NCBI GenBank assembly: GCA_045803545.1
Contig: JBJMOW010000005.1
Span: 320,001-384,000 of the forward strand
Length of the DNA: 64,000 bases
Reading direction: 5' to 3'
From: Gemmatimonadaceae bacterium
Lineage (GTDB): Bacteria; Gemmatimonadota; Gemmatimonadetes; Gemmatimonadales; Gemmatimonadaceae
The translations under genes were made by a program, and so were the position numbers. Below are positions 39,512-50,767 of this stretch, in pieces; the stretch's first letter is position 1; every line of letters begins with the position of its first letter. The notes below the pieces were generated by a model. It was given only the letters and a program-made list of their open reading frames with translations, did no database searches and was not told the origin of the DNA.

Positions 39512-42058
39512 TTGTCCACGTCCCTAGACACGCTGCAGCTGTCCCTGACTGACCGGTATACCATCGAGCGTCAAATCGGGCGCGGTGGTATGGCAACGGT
39601 CTACCTTGCGACCGACGCAAAAGTCGGTCGACGCGTGGCGATCAAAGTACTGCTGCCAGACCTGGCGGCCGCCGTCGGCGGGGAGCGTTTCCATCGCGAA
39701 ATCCAGATCGCGACGCACCTCACACATCCGAACATCCTTCCGATCTACGATTCCGGCGAGGCGGACAGTACCCTGTACTACGTGATGCCGTTCGTCGAAG
39801 GCGAGTCGTTAAGGGACCGCCTGACTCGCGAGCGCCAGCTCGCAATCGATGACGCGATCCGCATCACATGCCAGGTCGCAAGCGGTCTCGACCATGCGCA
39901 CCGAGCCAACATTATTCACCGCGATATAAAGCCCGAGAATATTCTTCTCGAGTCGGGTCAGGCAGTCATCGCTGACTTCGGCATCGCACGCGCGGTGACC
40001 AGCGTCACCGACTACAACACGCTGACCGGTACCGGAATCTCGCTTGGGACTCCGACCTACATGAGTCCCGAGCAGGCGATGGGCGAGCGCAATCTGGATG
40101 GTCGCACGGACCAGTACGCACTTGCGTGTGTCGCATATGAGATGCTCGCCGGCCAGCCGCCGTTTACCGCTTCTACGATGCAGGCGATAGTCGCGCGTCA
40201 CGTCGCGGAGGATGCGCCGTTGATCACGACTGTGCGTCCCGCCGTGCCCGACGAGGTTGAAGACGTCATACTGCGCGCCCTTGAGAAAGTGCCCGCTGAC
40301 CGCTTCCCGACGATCGGGCAGTTTGCTGAAGCGCTCGCGGACGCCGCCTCCGTCACGATCACGAGGCCACGGCGCGCGACAGGGTCGCGAACCCTGCGTG
40401 GTACACGCTCGAACCGGGCTTTTCGAAAGAGACCGTGGTCCTCAAAGAAGCGAGTAGCCGCGGTGGCGACAGCGGTGCTGCTCGTCGCAGGGACTGCCGC
40501 CGCCGGCATTTGGGCGTGGCCGCGACCAGCGTCCTCCTCAGTTCCCGCTGACGGCTCGTTCAACCCAAAGCGGATTGCCGTGCTCTACTTCGCCGACGAA
40601 AGTCGCGGTAACCAATTCGGATACCTCGCCGACGCGCTAACGGAATCTCTCATCGGAGAACTCGATCAGGTCAGGGCGTTGGACGTCATTTCAAAAAACG
40701 GCGTTGCCCCGTTCCGTGGATCAAATACCGATGTCGACAGCGTAGCGGCCGCATTGCGCGCAGGAACGATCGTACGCGGCAGCATTGAGGGTGTTGGCGA
40801 CCACGTCCACGTAACATTCCGACTCATCGACGGGAACAGCGGCGCCGAGTATGATCGGGCGGGCGTTGACGCCTCAGTCGCCGGCGCGTTGCGCGCACCG
40901 CGAGCAGTCGCCGAGAAAGTGGCCGACCTGCTTCGAGAACGCCTCGGCCCCGAAGTACGATTGCGTGAAGAGCGGCTTGGAACGACTAATCCCGACGCCT
41001 GGTCCCTCGTGCAAAGAGCGGAGAAGACTGGAAAAGAGGCGTTGGCATTGGTGAAGTCGGACAGCGGCAGCGCCGGCATGCAACGCTTCGCTGATGCCGA
41101 CTCACTGCTTGCGAGAGCGGAAGTGCTGGATCCAAAGTGGTCCGTGCCGCCGAGCACGCGAGGGAGGCTTGCCTTACGCGAGATCACCAGCACCGAAGAT
41201 GGTTTGCGTAGATCACAGCTGGTCGCAACGGGGCTGGAACACGCACAGCGCGCGCTGACACTGGATCCGCGAAGCGCGGAGGCCTACGAGGTACGAGGTA
41301 CGCTGCGCTATTACAAGAGACAGTTGGGTCTGGCTCCAGATCCCACCGAGGCGGCTGACTTGTTGCGCACCGCGGAGGAAGATCTGCGGAAGGCAACGAC
41401 GCTTGACGAGTCGCGTGCTTCGGCGTGGAATACGCTGAGCGCGCTGCTGTACCAGAAATTCAATCGCGTCGAGTCGAACCTCGCGGCGCGGCGTGCCTAT
41501 GAGGCTGATGCATATCTGTCGTCGGCGCCGGAGATAATCTGGCGCCTCTACGCCACATCGTATGACCTCGAGCAGTTCGTAGACGCGTCCCAGTGGTGCG
41601 ACGTGGGCCACAAGCGGTATCCGGCTGACCCACGATTCTTTGAATGTCAGATGTGGCTGCAGACCACGAATATTCGGCCACCGAATGTGGCCGAAGAGTG
41701 GCGGCTGCTCGGAGAGGTGCAGAAGCTGACGCCGAAGAGCGAGTGGGCGTTAGAGGGTCGGCAGATGACGATGGTTGTTGCGGTGCCAATCGCGCGCGCA
41801 GGAATGATCGATAGCGCGCGTCGCGTCATCGTCAGAGCCCGCGCAGGGCCGGACGTGGACCCCAGAGGCGAGTTGACCGGTGCGGAGGTAGTCATCCGGG
41901 CGCTGATTGGCGACAAGGAAGAGGCGCTCAATCGGCTCAAGATCTATCTCACCGCTCACCCCGAACACCGACTTGGATATACGCGCCACCGAACCTGGTG
42001 GTACCGCTCACTTCAGGACGATCCGCGCTTCAAGGCAATAGTTGGAAACGGGGAGTAA
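39512..42058 (+). CDS. Hanks-type Ser/Thr protein kinase with TM segment and TPR-like C-terminus
   Basis: IGRGGMATVY, VAIK, HRDIKPEN, DFG, GTPTYMSPEQ; TM at about aa 315-337; helical repeats beyond it. Confidence 0.93.
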   Translation: MSTSLDTLQLSLTDRYTIERQIGRGGMATVYLATDAKVGRRVAIKVLLPDLAAAVGGERFHREIQIATHLTHPNILPIYDSGEADSTLYYVMPFVEGESLRDRLTRERQLAIDDAIRITCQVASGLDHAHRANIIHRDIKPENILLESGQAVIADFGIARAVTSVTDYNTLTGTGISLGTPTYMSPEQAMGERNLDGRTDQYALACVAYEMLAGQPPFTASTMQAIVARHVAEDAPLITTVRPAVPDEVEDVILRALEKVPADRFPTIGQFAEALADAASVTITRPRRATGSRTLRGTRSNRAFRKRPWSSKKRVAAVATAVLLVAGTAAAGIWAWPRPASSSVPADGSFNPKRIAVLYFADESRGNQFGYLADALTESLIGELDQVRALDVISKNGVAPFRGSNTDVDSVAAALRAGTIVRGSIEGVGDHVHVTFRLIDGNSGAEYDRAGVDASVAGALRAPRAVAEKVADLLRERLGPEVRLREERLGTTNPDAWSLVQRAEKTGKEALALVKSDSGSAGMQRFADADSLLARAEVLDPKWSVPPSTRGRLALREITSTEDGLRRSQLVATGLEHAQRALTLDPRSAEAYEVRGTLRYYKRQLGLAPDPTEAADLLRTAEEDLRKATTLDESRASAWNTLSALLYQKFNRVESNLAARRAYEADAYLSSAPEIIWRLYATSYDLEQFVDASQWCDVGHKRYPADPRFFECQMWLQTTNIRPPNVAEEWRLLGEVQKLTPKSEWALEGRQMTMVVAVPIARAGMIDSARRVIVRARAGPDVDPRGELTGAEVVIRALIGDKEEALNRLKIYLTAHPEHRLGYTRHRTWWYRSLQDDPRFKAIVGNGE

Positions 42059-42188
42059 TTCCGCGTCGCTATTGCAGGCGTAATAGCAGCTGCTATCTCC
42101 GCAATTTTTTGTGCGAGATCGAGGGACATGGATTCAAGTTCGGTCGGATTTACCGCGTAGGGGGCATCGCCCCCGAGGAGGTTCTGTG

Positions 42189-44693
42189 ATGTTTCGCGTT
42201 CCCGTCTTCGTGCTTGCTGTCGCGGTACTCGCGGCGGGTTGCACGGATACCCAAAGTACCGCTCCGCGACCGCCGGTTGGCGATCCGAGCAAAATGATTC
42301 TTGACGCAGCGCATCACGGAGGCAACCCGGATTTCTTCTTCCTTCCTCTGATCGGACCAGACGCGAGAAATAGTCCCTACTTCGACAAGGGGAAATTCAA
42401 CGCGACTCTTACTCCGATCGTGAAGATCTGTAAGCTCGTGTTACCGGTCACGGGGGCAACGACGCGCCTCGTGGCAGATGTGCCGAGGTCGCTATGCGGT
42501 CCGCTCGTCGCGACACTTTCCGACGTAACGGTCTCTCCCGCGCTGGAGTTCTATCTCGCGTCCTGGAAGACCCGCAACTATAACCTCGACCCCGACGCCT
42601 TCTATCGTGTCCAGGTCTTTGTAGGCAGCACCATGCTCGGGTTCGTGGATGTGACCGTAGTCACGAGCCTCAAGGAGGCGGTGAATGCGCTAACCGGAGA
42701 AGTGGTTCCGTTCGCGGACGACTTCACTTTGCCGATCCCATTCCGCATTGAGGCCGGCGCACTGACCGGTGGCGCGTCGAGCGCATGCAAAGGCACAACT
42801 CCCGACTGCGTCGAGGTGAGCGTCAAGAAGGCGGGAGGGACGTTCTTCACCAACACCAAATGGGCCGGGATTCAGCTCGAAAGTGGTTGGGTATCCGACG
42901 AAGCGTTGGCGCTGGGCGGCGGCTCGATTGTGCTTACTATCGAGCGCGTCCGCGCGAAGGACGGCGACTGTCACGGCGGCAGCGACGGGGAGCCGGGGGA
43001 GGCCGCAGCGTTGGGCAGCCTCTACGTCGAGCTGAACGGATGCTACCACTACGCGACGGATCCCAGTCTCGTCGATCCGCGAATCCCCGAGGCGAAGCGT
43101 GGATTCCAAACGGATAACAACAAGGTGGGACAGTGCACCCACGAGCTGCCAACCGATGCGGGCATGGCGGACGCGGACTACATGCTGTTCAAATCCGACC
43201 CAGGTCAGCGCATCATTCCGCTCAAGGACGTACCGGCACCGGTGGGACTCAGTTGCACGGACTTCGCGTTCTATCAGGCGCTGCCGGACAATCCAGTTCT
43301 CCGTTACGCCAGCATCAAGCTGCACAATCTTCGAAACGCTTTAAGCCGGTTCGTCGTGAATGAGGCGTATGCCTGGGACGGTGGTCTTGGCGGAACCCTC
43401 CCCAGGTCGCCCACAAGTGCGCTCAGCAACATCAGCCGCGGAGTCGGTCTAAGGGCTGCAAGAACATCGACCAACAATCAAACGGGGCTCGCCGGCACGA
43501 GCATCGAGTTCAGAGTGCGGGTGACGACAGAACATCTGCACGCCGGCCAGGAATCAAGGGCCGCCAAAGCCGGAGTACCCGTAACCTTCACCGTTCCGGA
43601 CGAGTTGAGCGGAGATTTTGGCGAAGGTGGAACATCGTACACCGCGACGACTGACGAGAATGGAGAGGCGGCTGTGCCGTGGTATCTCGCTGTCGGGACC
43701 CACACGATATCTGCAACGGTGCCAACGATCGATCCAACGCCAATAACGTTTACCGCACTTGGCACAGCGGCTGTTGACCTCGGTGTGCTCGCGGGCGACG
43801 ACTTTAGCCAGGCATTCGCTGTCAACAGTTCTGGGCAAGTGGTAGGCTTTAGCGGACAAAGTGGCGGGCAGACGCGCGCATTTCGTTGGACGAGTCGCCT
43901 CGGGATGATTGCTCTCAACCTACCAACGGACGAAGGTGGGAACAGCAGTGCCACGGGAATCAACGACAACGGTGTGGTGGTTGGTGAAATGACCGTTGGC
44001 GGCGCCAGGCATGCGTTCCGGTGGGAAAATGGTGTTACAACCGATCTTGGCGTCCCGAGCTGGGCGAGCTCCAGCAAGGCTGCAGCAATCAACACTTCGG
44101 GCACCATTGTCGGTTGGAACGATGTGGTTACGGGAGAGGAGGCGCACGGTTGGTCCTGGAATATCGGCGGCCCAATCACGAATCTCGGTGTGTCCAGCCC
44201 AATAACGAATGCTACGGCGATCAACGACGCGGGACAGATAGTTGGCAGCTCCGGATCGGGCCATGACAGGAATCCGTGGATCAGACAATCAAACGGCTCC
44301 GTGACTTTTCTGGGCGGTCTCACCGCGGGGCGATCGGCAGCATTTGCAATCAATTCCGCTGGGGTTGTTGTCGGTGCGAGCGATGTCGCGTCAGAGCAAA
44401 TCCACCCGTTCCGCTGGACGGCCGGGGTCATGCTCGATCTCGGAACGTTGGGTGGCAGGACCGGGAGTGCGGGAGGAATCGATGATGCTGGCCGCATCGT
44501 GGGTTCAGCCGACATCGCTACCGGAGAGAATCACGCATTCGTCTGGCAGAACGGGCACATGAGTGATCTCGGTGCTCCTTTTGGAGCACCACGCTCGAGC
44601 GCCAACGCTATCCGAGGCGGCAACATCGTCGGTAGCGCTGCCACCGCAGGAGGCTTCACACACGCGGTGTTGTGGGATATCGGATCGCCATAA
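42189..44693 (+). CDS. Lipoprotein with Ig-like domain and HAF extracellular repeats
   Basis: GAGG SD, lipobox AAGC, C-terminal repeats A-IN-xG-VVG...HAF-W...DLG. Confidence 0.85.
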   Translation: MFRVPVFVLAVAVLAAGCTDTQSTAPRPPVGDPSKMILDAAHHGGNPDFFFLPLIGPDARNSPYFDKGKFNATLTPIVKICKLVLPVTGATTRLVADVPRSLCGPLVATLSDVTVSPALEFYLASWKTRNYNLDPDAFYRVQVFVGSTMLGFVDVTVVTSLKEAVNALTGEVVPFADDFTLPIPFRIEAGALTGGASSACKGTTPDCVEVSVKKAGGTFFTNTKWAGIQLESGWVSDEALALGGGSIVLTIERVRAKDGDCHGGSDGEPGEAAALGSLYVELNGCYHYATDPSLVDPRIPEAKRGFQTDNNKVGQCTHELPTDAGMADADYMLFKSDPGQRIIPLKDVPAPVGLSCTDFAFYQALPDNPVLRYASIKLHNLRNALSRFVVNEAYAWDGGLGGTLPRSPTSALSNISRGVGLRAARTSTNNQTGLAGTSIEFRVRVTTEHLHAGQESRAAKAGVPVTFTVPDELSGDFGEGGTSYTATTDENGEAAVPWYLAVGTHTISATVPTIDPTPITFTALGTAAVDLGVLAGDDFSQAFAVNSSGQVVGFSGQSGGQTRAFRWTSRLGMIALNLPTDEGGNSSATGINDNGVVVGEMTVGGARHAFRWENGVTTDLGVPSWASSSKAAAINTSGTIVGWNDVVTGEEAHGWSWNIGGPITNLGVSSPITNATAINDAGQIVGSSGSGHDRNPWIRQSNGSVTFLGGLTAGRSAAFAINSAGVVVGASDVASEQIHPFRWTAGVMLDLGTLGGRTGSAGGIDDAGRIVGSADIATGENHAFVWQNGHMSDLGAPFGAPRSSANAIRGGNIVGSAATAGGFTHAVLWDIGSP

Positions 44694-44792
44694 GAACTGC
44701 GACCTGCTTCGCAAGCAGGCGCATTCTGCTGGACAGGAATTTCGCGCGCGCACTCTAATTGGGCTGCGCGCGTCGGAGTGGTGGCTTCACAA

Positions 44793-44822
44793 GGAAGGCA
44801 ATTGCAGGTGCAATTGCCTTCC
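44793..44822. terminator. Hairpin, probably a bidirectional terminator
   Basis: GGAAGGCAATTGCA-GG-TGCAATTGCCTTCC between convergent genes. Confidence 0.65.
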
Positions 44823-44828
44823 CTTTAG

Positions 44829-47405
44829 CTAGCTGCGCGGTCCCGCAATCCGTTCCAGGTCATCGAGCCCCGCGAGCACATCGCGGGGCTTTGATCCATC
44901 CGGCGGTCCCAGGATACCGGCAGCGTGGAGCTGATCGATTATACGCGCCGCACGACCGTAACCGACTTTCAGACGCCGCTGCAACAACGATGTCGATCCC
45001 TGCTGATGCTGGATCACAACCTCGGCTGCCTCGCGGAACAGTTTGTCGCGATCCGTATCATCAAGCGACTCGCCGTCGGTGCCGCCCGCTTCTTCCGCTT
45101 CCTTGCGACGGATCGTCTCGATGATGTCCGTCTCGCTCGGCACGTCGTCGACGATCAGACCCTGTGCCTCGTACAGTGCCTTGCGCTCGGCACGACGCAT
45201 CTCGTACCAGCCCATCAACCGCTCGGTGTCTTCGCTGGAGATGAACGCGCCCTGAAGACGCGACGGCTCCGACTTGCCCGGCGGAATGAACAACATGTCG
45301 CCGTTGCCGAGCAGCGCTTCGGCGCCGATGCCATCAAGGATGGTGCGCGAATCAACCTGCGACGCGACACGGAACGCGATGCGGCTCGGGAAGTTCGCCT
45401 TGATCAGACCGGTAATCACGTTCACGCTCGGACGCTGCGTCGCCAGAATGAGGTGGATGCCGATCGCGCGCGCTTTCTGCGCCAGCATCGCCAGCGGCGT
45501 CTCGATCTCTCCCTGCACCGTCATCATCAGGTCGGCGAGCTCGTCGATCACCACCACGATGTATGGGACGATGCCGCCCTTGTACTCCAGCTCCTCGAAC
45601 GCGACGTCCGCGCGCTTCACGTTCTTCAGCTTCTGTCCTTCCTGAACCTTGCGATTGAAATCCTGGATGTTGCGCGCACCGTTTGCGGCGAGCAGCTCGT
45701 AACGATCCTGCATCTCGAGCACCGCCCACTTCAAGACTGCTGCAGCATCGCGATTGTCGGTGACAACCTTGTGCCGCAGATGCGGGAGTACGTTATACAC
45801 CGACAGCTCCACCATCTTCGGATCGACCATCAGGAATCGCAGCGTTGTCGGCGTGTGACGATACGCGAGCGACGTGATCAGGGTGTTGATGCACACCGAC
45901 TTGCCCGACCCGGTCGCTCCGGCGATCAATAGGTGAGGCATCTTCGCCAGATCGGCGATTACCGGGCGGCCTTCGAGATCCTTGCCGAGCGCGATCGGCA
46001 GCGCGGCGCGCGCATTCTGAAAATCGCGCGACTCGATCAGCTCTCTGAACGCGACCATCTCGGGATTCGGATTTGGAACTTCAACGCCGACAGCTCCCTT
46101 CCCCGGTATCGGTGCGACGATGCGGATGCTCTGCGCGCGCATCGCCAAAGCGAGATCGTTGGAGAGATTGGCGATTTGCCGCACTTTCACACCCGCTGCC
46201 GGCGCAACCTCGAATTGCGTAACCACCGGACCCGTTGTCCGTCCGACGAGCTCGCCTTCCACGCGAAACGTCCGCAGCGCCTCCATCAGCTTCACACCCA
46301 TCGCGTCGAGCTCACGCTTGCCGATATCAACGTTCCGCGGCGGCGCCGGGGATAACAATTCCGGCGATGGCAGATCTTCATCGGAGAAAGCGAAGTTCTC
46401 CGTTGCCTCGAACGCATCGATCGCGGCGCCGATTGATTCCGCGGTTGTCTTGTTCCACTTCCCGCTTCCCGCTTCCCGCTTCCCGCCTGCCGCGTCCCGC
46501 TTCCCGCTCCCCGGCTCCCGTTTTTTCCTGATCGGCAGCACCGGATCCTCGCTCGACAGCGACTGCATCAGCGAATGATCGATCGCCGGCATCTCCTCCG
46601 GCTCCGGCTCGAGCAAAGTCGCCGAGACGACGCTCGCGGCGGCGTTCGCCGCGGGAACAACGATTTCTTTCGACGGATCGAGACCGGCGCGCTCGGCAGG
46701 CGTGGGTGCGGTCATCGAGTCGAGCGTGCGCACACGCTTCGCGACGACGACGCGGATCGGATTCCACGACAATGCGACAGCCGTGAGCGTGCACAACGCG
46801 ATCGCCAAGAGAATCCACCCGCCAACTACACCCGCAAACTGCAGGATGTAAAACGCCGCAAAATCACCCCATATACCCGCTAGCGGTCCCGCCTCGCGCG
46901 TCCCTCCTCCCGCCTCCCCAAATACAATCGGCAGCAGCACGACCATGCCCAGCAAAAACACCATCCACGAACGGTCTTTGCGCTCGCCAAGTCGGCCGAA
47001 CAGCCGCAGCGCATGCGCGATCAACGCCAGCGGCAGCAGTGCCGACGCGGGCCAACCAACGAGCAGAGCGATCGGACGCGCGAGCAGCGCGCCAATCCAC
47101 CCGAAATTCGCTTTGATGGTGCCGTGACCCTGCAGCTGGGCGTAGCCCTGCGCTGCCAGTGCCCCGGCGAGGAAAAGTCCGAAGAGAAGGAGGACGATGC
47201 CGCGGATCTCGCGCGCGAGCGCGGACGAGGACGGCTTATCGTGCCCGTTCGGGCCCGAGTTTCGTGATTTGTCGCTCCTGAAAGATCGGGACCACAGGAT
47301 GGGAGTCCACTTCCGCGGCGGCGGCGAGGTCGTCACCAAATCCTGCTTCCTGGAGCGCTTTCCCGTGGGCTGATTCTTTGAAGACTTTCGCGATGTTGTC
47401 GCCAT
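44829..47405 (-). CDS. ftsK: DNA translocase FtsK
   Basis: 4-TM N-terminus, PHLLIAGATGSGKS, DELADLMM, ATQRPSV and gamma domain LQRRLKVGYGRAAR. Start codon uncertain (overlaps comB). Confidence 0.96.
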   Translation of the reverse strand: MATTSRKSSKNQPTGKRSRKQDLVTTSPPPRKWTPILWSRSFRSDKSRNSGPNGHDKPSSSALAREIRGIVLLLFGLFLAGALAAQGYAQLQGHGTIKANFGWIGALLARPIALLVGWPASALLPLALIAHALRLFGRLGERKDRSWMVFLLGMVVLLPIVFGEAGGGTREAGPLAGIWGDFAAFYILQFAGVVGGWILLAIALCTLTAVALSWNPIRVVVAKRVRTLDSMTAPTPAERAGLDPSKEIVVPAANAAASVVSATLLEPEPEEMPAIDHSLMQSLSSEDPVLPIRKKREPGSGKRDAAGGKREAGSGKWNKTTAESIGAAIDAFEATENFAFSDEDLPSPELLSPAPPRNVDIGKRELDAMGVKLMEALRTFRVEGELVGRTTGPVVTQFEVAPAAGVKVRQIANLSNDLALAMRAQSIRIVAPIPGKGAVGVEVPNPNPEMVAFRELIESRDFQNARAALPIALGKDLEGRPVIADLAKMPHLLIAGATGSGKSVCINTLITSLAYRHTPTTLRFLMVDPKMVELSVYNVLPHLRHKVVTDNRDAAAVLKWAVLEMQDRYELLAANGARNIQDFNRKVQEGQKLKNVKRADVAFEELEYKGGIVPYIVVVIDELADLMMTVQGEIETPLAMLAQKARAIGIHLILATQRPSVNVITGLIKANFPSRIAFRVASQVDSRTILDGIGAEALLGNGDMLFIPPGKSEPSRLQGAFISSEDTERLMGWYEMRRAERKALYEAQGLIVDDVPSETDIIETIRRKEAEEAGGTDGESLDDTDRDKLFREAAEVVIQHQQGSTSLLQRRLKVGYGRAARIIDQLHAAGILGPPDGSKPRDVLAGLDDLERIAGPRS
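46453..46521 (-). repeat. GCGGGAA heptamer tract inside the ftsK linker
   Basis: Translates in frame to KREPGSGKRDAAGGKREAGSGKW. Confidence 0.9.
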
Positions 47406-47982
47406 ATTTTTTTTCGATCAGCACCGATGCGGCCGCCGCATCGTTCATCTCGATCGGGTCCGATCGTTTCGGAATTGCTTTGACGTAGCGCCCAGCGCAG
47501 GCGGCATCCTCGAGGGTGAATCCCCCATCCTCACCGGCGCAGATGATAGCGATGTCAGTGTTGGAGCTGGCCGCGACTTTCATCATGGTCAGCACCGCCG
47601 TGAAGTTGACGTATGAAGCTATAACTATGTCACGCGCGCCCTGTACTCCCAGCAGCGCCCGGGTGCCGTTGGTCGTGGTGAGGAGGATTGTTTTCCCCTT
47701 CACTGCCTCAGGCGTGAAGCTCTGCGGTGAGTTGCCGAGGTCGAATCCCTGGATCGGCAGCATCTTCTGCTCGCCGGCCAGCACCACCGCCGAGCGGTGA
47801 AACTCCTTCGAGCGGGTGATGACATCGTCGGCATCGGGAAGCGGCATCACCGTCTTGGCGCCGTTAGCCAGTGCAGTCGCCACGGTTGTTGAAGCACGAA
47901 GCACGTCGACAATCGCGACGAGCCTTCCCGCTGTATCAGCTGGTTTTACCTGAATTGGAGAAAAGAAGAGATCAAGCCGCAC
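47236..47982 (-). CDS. comB: 2-phosphosulfolactate phosphatase family protein
   Basis: [30 protein letters not shown]. Confidence 0.9.
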   Translation of the reverse strand: MRLDLFFSPIQVKPADTAGRLVAIVDVLRASTTVATALANGAKTVMPLPDADDVITRSKEFHRSAVVLAGEQKMLPIQGFDLGNSPQSFTPEAVKGKTILLTTTNGTRALLGVQGARDIVIASYVNFTAVLTMMKVAASSNTDIAIICAGEDGGFTLEDAACAGRYVKAIPKRSDPIEMNDAAAASVLIEKKYGDNIAKVFKESAHGKALQEAGFGDDLAAAAEVDSHPVVPIFQERQITKLGPERAR

Positions 47983-49336
47983 TGGCCGGCTCCTTCATCA
48001 GCTCGCTCTCGCGCTCGAGGAATTTGGTATCCACTTGCCCCGCCTGGAATTTTTGATTTCCCATCACGCGCCCCAGGAAAGGAATCGTAGTGGTCACACC
48101 CTCGATGATGAAGCTCTCCAGCGCCACTTGCATCCGCGTGATGGCTTCTGCGCGATCGCGCCCCTGACAAATGAGCTTGGCGAGCAGGGAGTCGTAGAAT
48201 GGCGGAACTCTGTAGCCCGCGTAGACGTGCGTATCGAGGCGCACGCCCGGACCGCCCGGCGGATGGAAGACTTCGATTAAACCCGGCGACGGCTGAAAGT
48301 TGCGCGCCGGATCTTCGGCGTTCACGCGGCACTCGATGACGTGTCCGCGGCGCTCGATCGGCGGCTTCACCGACAGTTTCGTCCCGAACGCAACCTGAAT
48401 TTGCTCCTTCACCAGATCGATTCCTGTCAGCATCTCGGTTACCGGATGCTCGACCTGGATGCGGGTGTTCATTTCCATGAAGTAATACGATTTGTCTTCG
48501 TTGAGCAGCATTTCGATGGTGCCGGCGCCCACATAATCGATCGCTTTGGCGCCTTTCACCGCCGCCTCTCCCATCTTCTCCCGCAGCTCGGGGGTCATTG
48601 CCGGACTGGGCGCCTCTTCGATGAGTTTTTGATGTCGACGCTGTACCGAACAATCGCGCTCGCCGAGGTGAATGACGTTGCCGTGACGATCACCCATGAT
48701 CTGGAATTCGATATGGCGCGGGCGTGACAGATATTTCTCGACGTAGACATCGCCATTCCCGAACGCAGACAGCGCTTCCGACCGGGCGAGCTGGAACGAG
48801 CGCCCAAAATCTTCCGGGTCAGTGGCGACGCGCATTCCTTTTCCACCGCCGCCGGCGGCCGCCTTGATGATCACCGGGAACCCGATGTCCCGCGCAAACT
48901 TCAGCGCTTCGTCGGAATCCTCGATCGGGCCCGGCGTGCCCGGCACGATCGGCACGCCGACATCCTGCATCGTTTTGCGCGCCGCCGCCTTGTCACCCAT
49001 CACCCGAATCTGCTGCGGCGTCGGGCCGATGAACGCGAGATTGGACGCGATGCAGGTCTCGGCGAATTCGGCATTTTCAGCGAGAAAGCCGTAACCGGGA
49101 TGAATGGCGTCGGCGCCGGCGATTTCGGCGGCGGCGATGATGCGCGGAATGTTGAGATATGATTCGCGCGCCGGCGCTGGCCCGATGCACACGTCATCGT
49201 CGGCGAACCGAACGTGCAGCGACTCGCGGTCAGCCTCGGAATAGACCGCGACGGTCTGGATGCCGAGCTCGCGGCAGGCGCGGATCACTCGGAGCGCAAT
49301 CTCACCGCGGTTTGCGATCAGGATCTTTTTGAACAA
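47972..49336 (-). CDS. accC: Acetyl-CoA carboxylase biotin carboxylase subunit
   Basis: [39 protein letters not shown]. Confidence 0.97.
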   Translation of the reverse strand: MFKKILIANRGEIALRVIRACRELGIQTVAVYSEADRESLHVRFADDDVCIGPAPARESYLNIPRIIAAAEIAGADAIHPGYGFLAENAEFAETCIASNLAFIGPTPQQIRVMGDKAAARKTMQDVGVPIVPGTPGPIEDSDEALKFARDIGFPVIIKAAAGGGGKGMRVATDPEDFGRSFQLARSEALSAFGNGDVYVEKYLSRPRHIEFQIMGDRHGNVIHLGERDCSVQRRHQKLIEEAPSPAMTPELREKMGEAAVKGAKAIDYVGAGTIEMLLNEDKSYYFMEMNTRIQVEHPVTEMLTGIDLVKEQIQVAFGTKLSVKPPIERRGHVIECRVNAEDPARNFQPSPGLIEVFHPPGGPGVRLDTHVYAGYRVPPFYDSLLAKLICQGRDRAEAITRMQVALESFIIEGVTTTIPFLGRVMGNQKFQAGQVDTKFLERESELMKEPASAA

Positions 49337-49432
49337 TAGGGTCGTCGGTTCGGACTACCAGCGCGGACCAGCTGAAACTTCGAGGCGTTACGGATTGCGA
49401 AACTTACTGCAGACCGCGGGCTAACTGCTAAA

Positions 49433-49570
49433 AAAGGTAGGCTGCATGCAGAGTAGCTCAGAAGCAGAGTTGGCAGCTACGTACTGGCCGTTGGAATCTT
49501 GCGAGTCTTCGAACGCCACGAACGTAGCTGCCAACTCATTTCTGAGCCGCTCTGCCGACTGCCTACCTTT
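49433..49570. repeat. ~140-bp hairpin element (REP/MITE-like), copy 1
   Basis: AAAGGTAGGC...GAGTTGGCAGCTACGT / ACGTAGCTGCCAACTC...GCCTACCTTT imperfect inverted repeat. Related to 56713..56857. Confidence 0.8.
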
Positions 49571-49588
49571 GGTTCCGTTGTCCGCAGT

Positions 49589-50767
49589 TCAAGTCGCTTC
49601 CTGCTTGACCGTATCCCACGAAGTATCCGACGACGCCGAGATTCCCTGGGTGCGCAGCGAGAATTCCGCCGGATTGGTCGCGGCGAACAGCGCATCGTCG
49701 TACGTGATGACGCCCTTCTGGTACCAGTTCATCAGCGATTGGTCGAAGCTCTGCATGCCGTAAGGTACCGCGCCTTCCTTGATCAACTGCGGAATGCTCA
49801 TCGCCTTGCTCATATCCCGCATCTGATCGCGCACGGCTTCGGTGTTCACCAGAATCTCGGCGGCGGGCACGCGTCCCTTCTTGTCGGCGCGGCGCACCAG
49901 CCGGAGCGAGATGATCGCCCGCAACGCACTCGATAGCATGAAACGCACTTCGGCCTGCTGATGGGGCGGATAAAACGACAGAATTCGATTGATGGTCTGC
50001 GACGCGTCCGTCGTGTGCAGCGTCGAGAAAACCAGGTGACCGGTCTCTGCCGCTTTCAGCGCAATGTCGAGGGTCTCGAGGTCGCGAATTTCTCCGACCA
50101 GCAGCACGTCGGGGTCCTGCCGGAGCACGCGACGCAGCGCCTGGGCAAAGCTGTTGGTGTCCGTTCCAACTTCGCGCTGGTTGATGCTGCTCTTGATGTC
50201 GCGATGCAGGAACTCGATCGGATCTTCGATGGTGATGATGTTCGCCTGGCGCTGCTGATTGATGTAGTGCAGCATCGAGGCGAGCGCCGTCGACTTTCCG
50301 GAGCCGGTGATTCCCGTTACCAGGATCAAACCGCGTGGCATGAGAGCGATGCGCTCGCACGCCTCAGGCAGGTTCAGCTCCGCGATCGTCTTCGCCTGGA
50401 ACGGCACGCTGCGCATCGCATACGCGATGGTTCCGCGCTGTTGATACGCGTTGACGCGGAAACGACCGATGCCTGGGACCGCGAGAGCGAAGTCCGACTC
50501 CTTCTGCTCCGAGAACTCCTTGATGTTCTTGGGCGCCATTATCTGCTCGGCGAGGCTGCGCAGGTCTTCCTGCTTCAGCGCGGGCATATCGAGATTTATC
50601 ATCTGCCCATCGACGCGCAGTGTCGGCGGACGACCGACTTTGAGATGCAAGTCGGACGCGTTCGCCTGAATCATGTGTTGCAGCACGCCCTTGTAGTCGA
50701 AGGTGCCGCTGGAGTGAGGAGATGGGGCAGCCGTCTTGGGCGGCGGGGGACTCAGTTTTTCAGCCAT
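49589..50767 (-). CDS. pilT: Type IV pilus retraction ATPase (PilT/PilU family)
   Basis: ASDLHLKVG, GITGSGKST, TIEDPIE, QREVG, LRQDPD, TLHT, GMQSFDQSL. Confidence 0.9.
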   Translation of the reverse strand: MAEKLSPPPPKTAAPSPHSSGTFDYKGVLQHMIQANASDLHLKVGRPPTLRVDGQMINLDMPALKQEDLRSLAEQIMAPKNIKEFSEQKESDFALAVPGIGRFRVNAYQQRGTIAYAMRSVPFQAKTIAELNLPEACERIALMPRGLILVTGITGSGKSTALASMLHYINQQRQANIITIEDPIEFLHRDIKSSINQREVGTDTNSFAQALRRVLRQDPDVLLVGEIRDLETLDIALKAAETGHLVFSTLHTTDASQTINRILSFYPPHQQAEVRFMLSSALRAIISLRLVRRADKKGRVPAAEILVNTEAVRDQMRDMSKAMSIPQLIKEGAVPYGMQSFDQSLMNWYQKGVITYDDALFAATNPAEFSLRTQGISASSDTSWDTVKQEAT

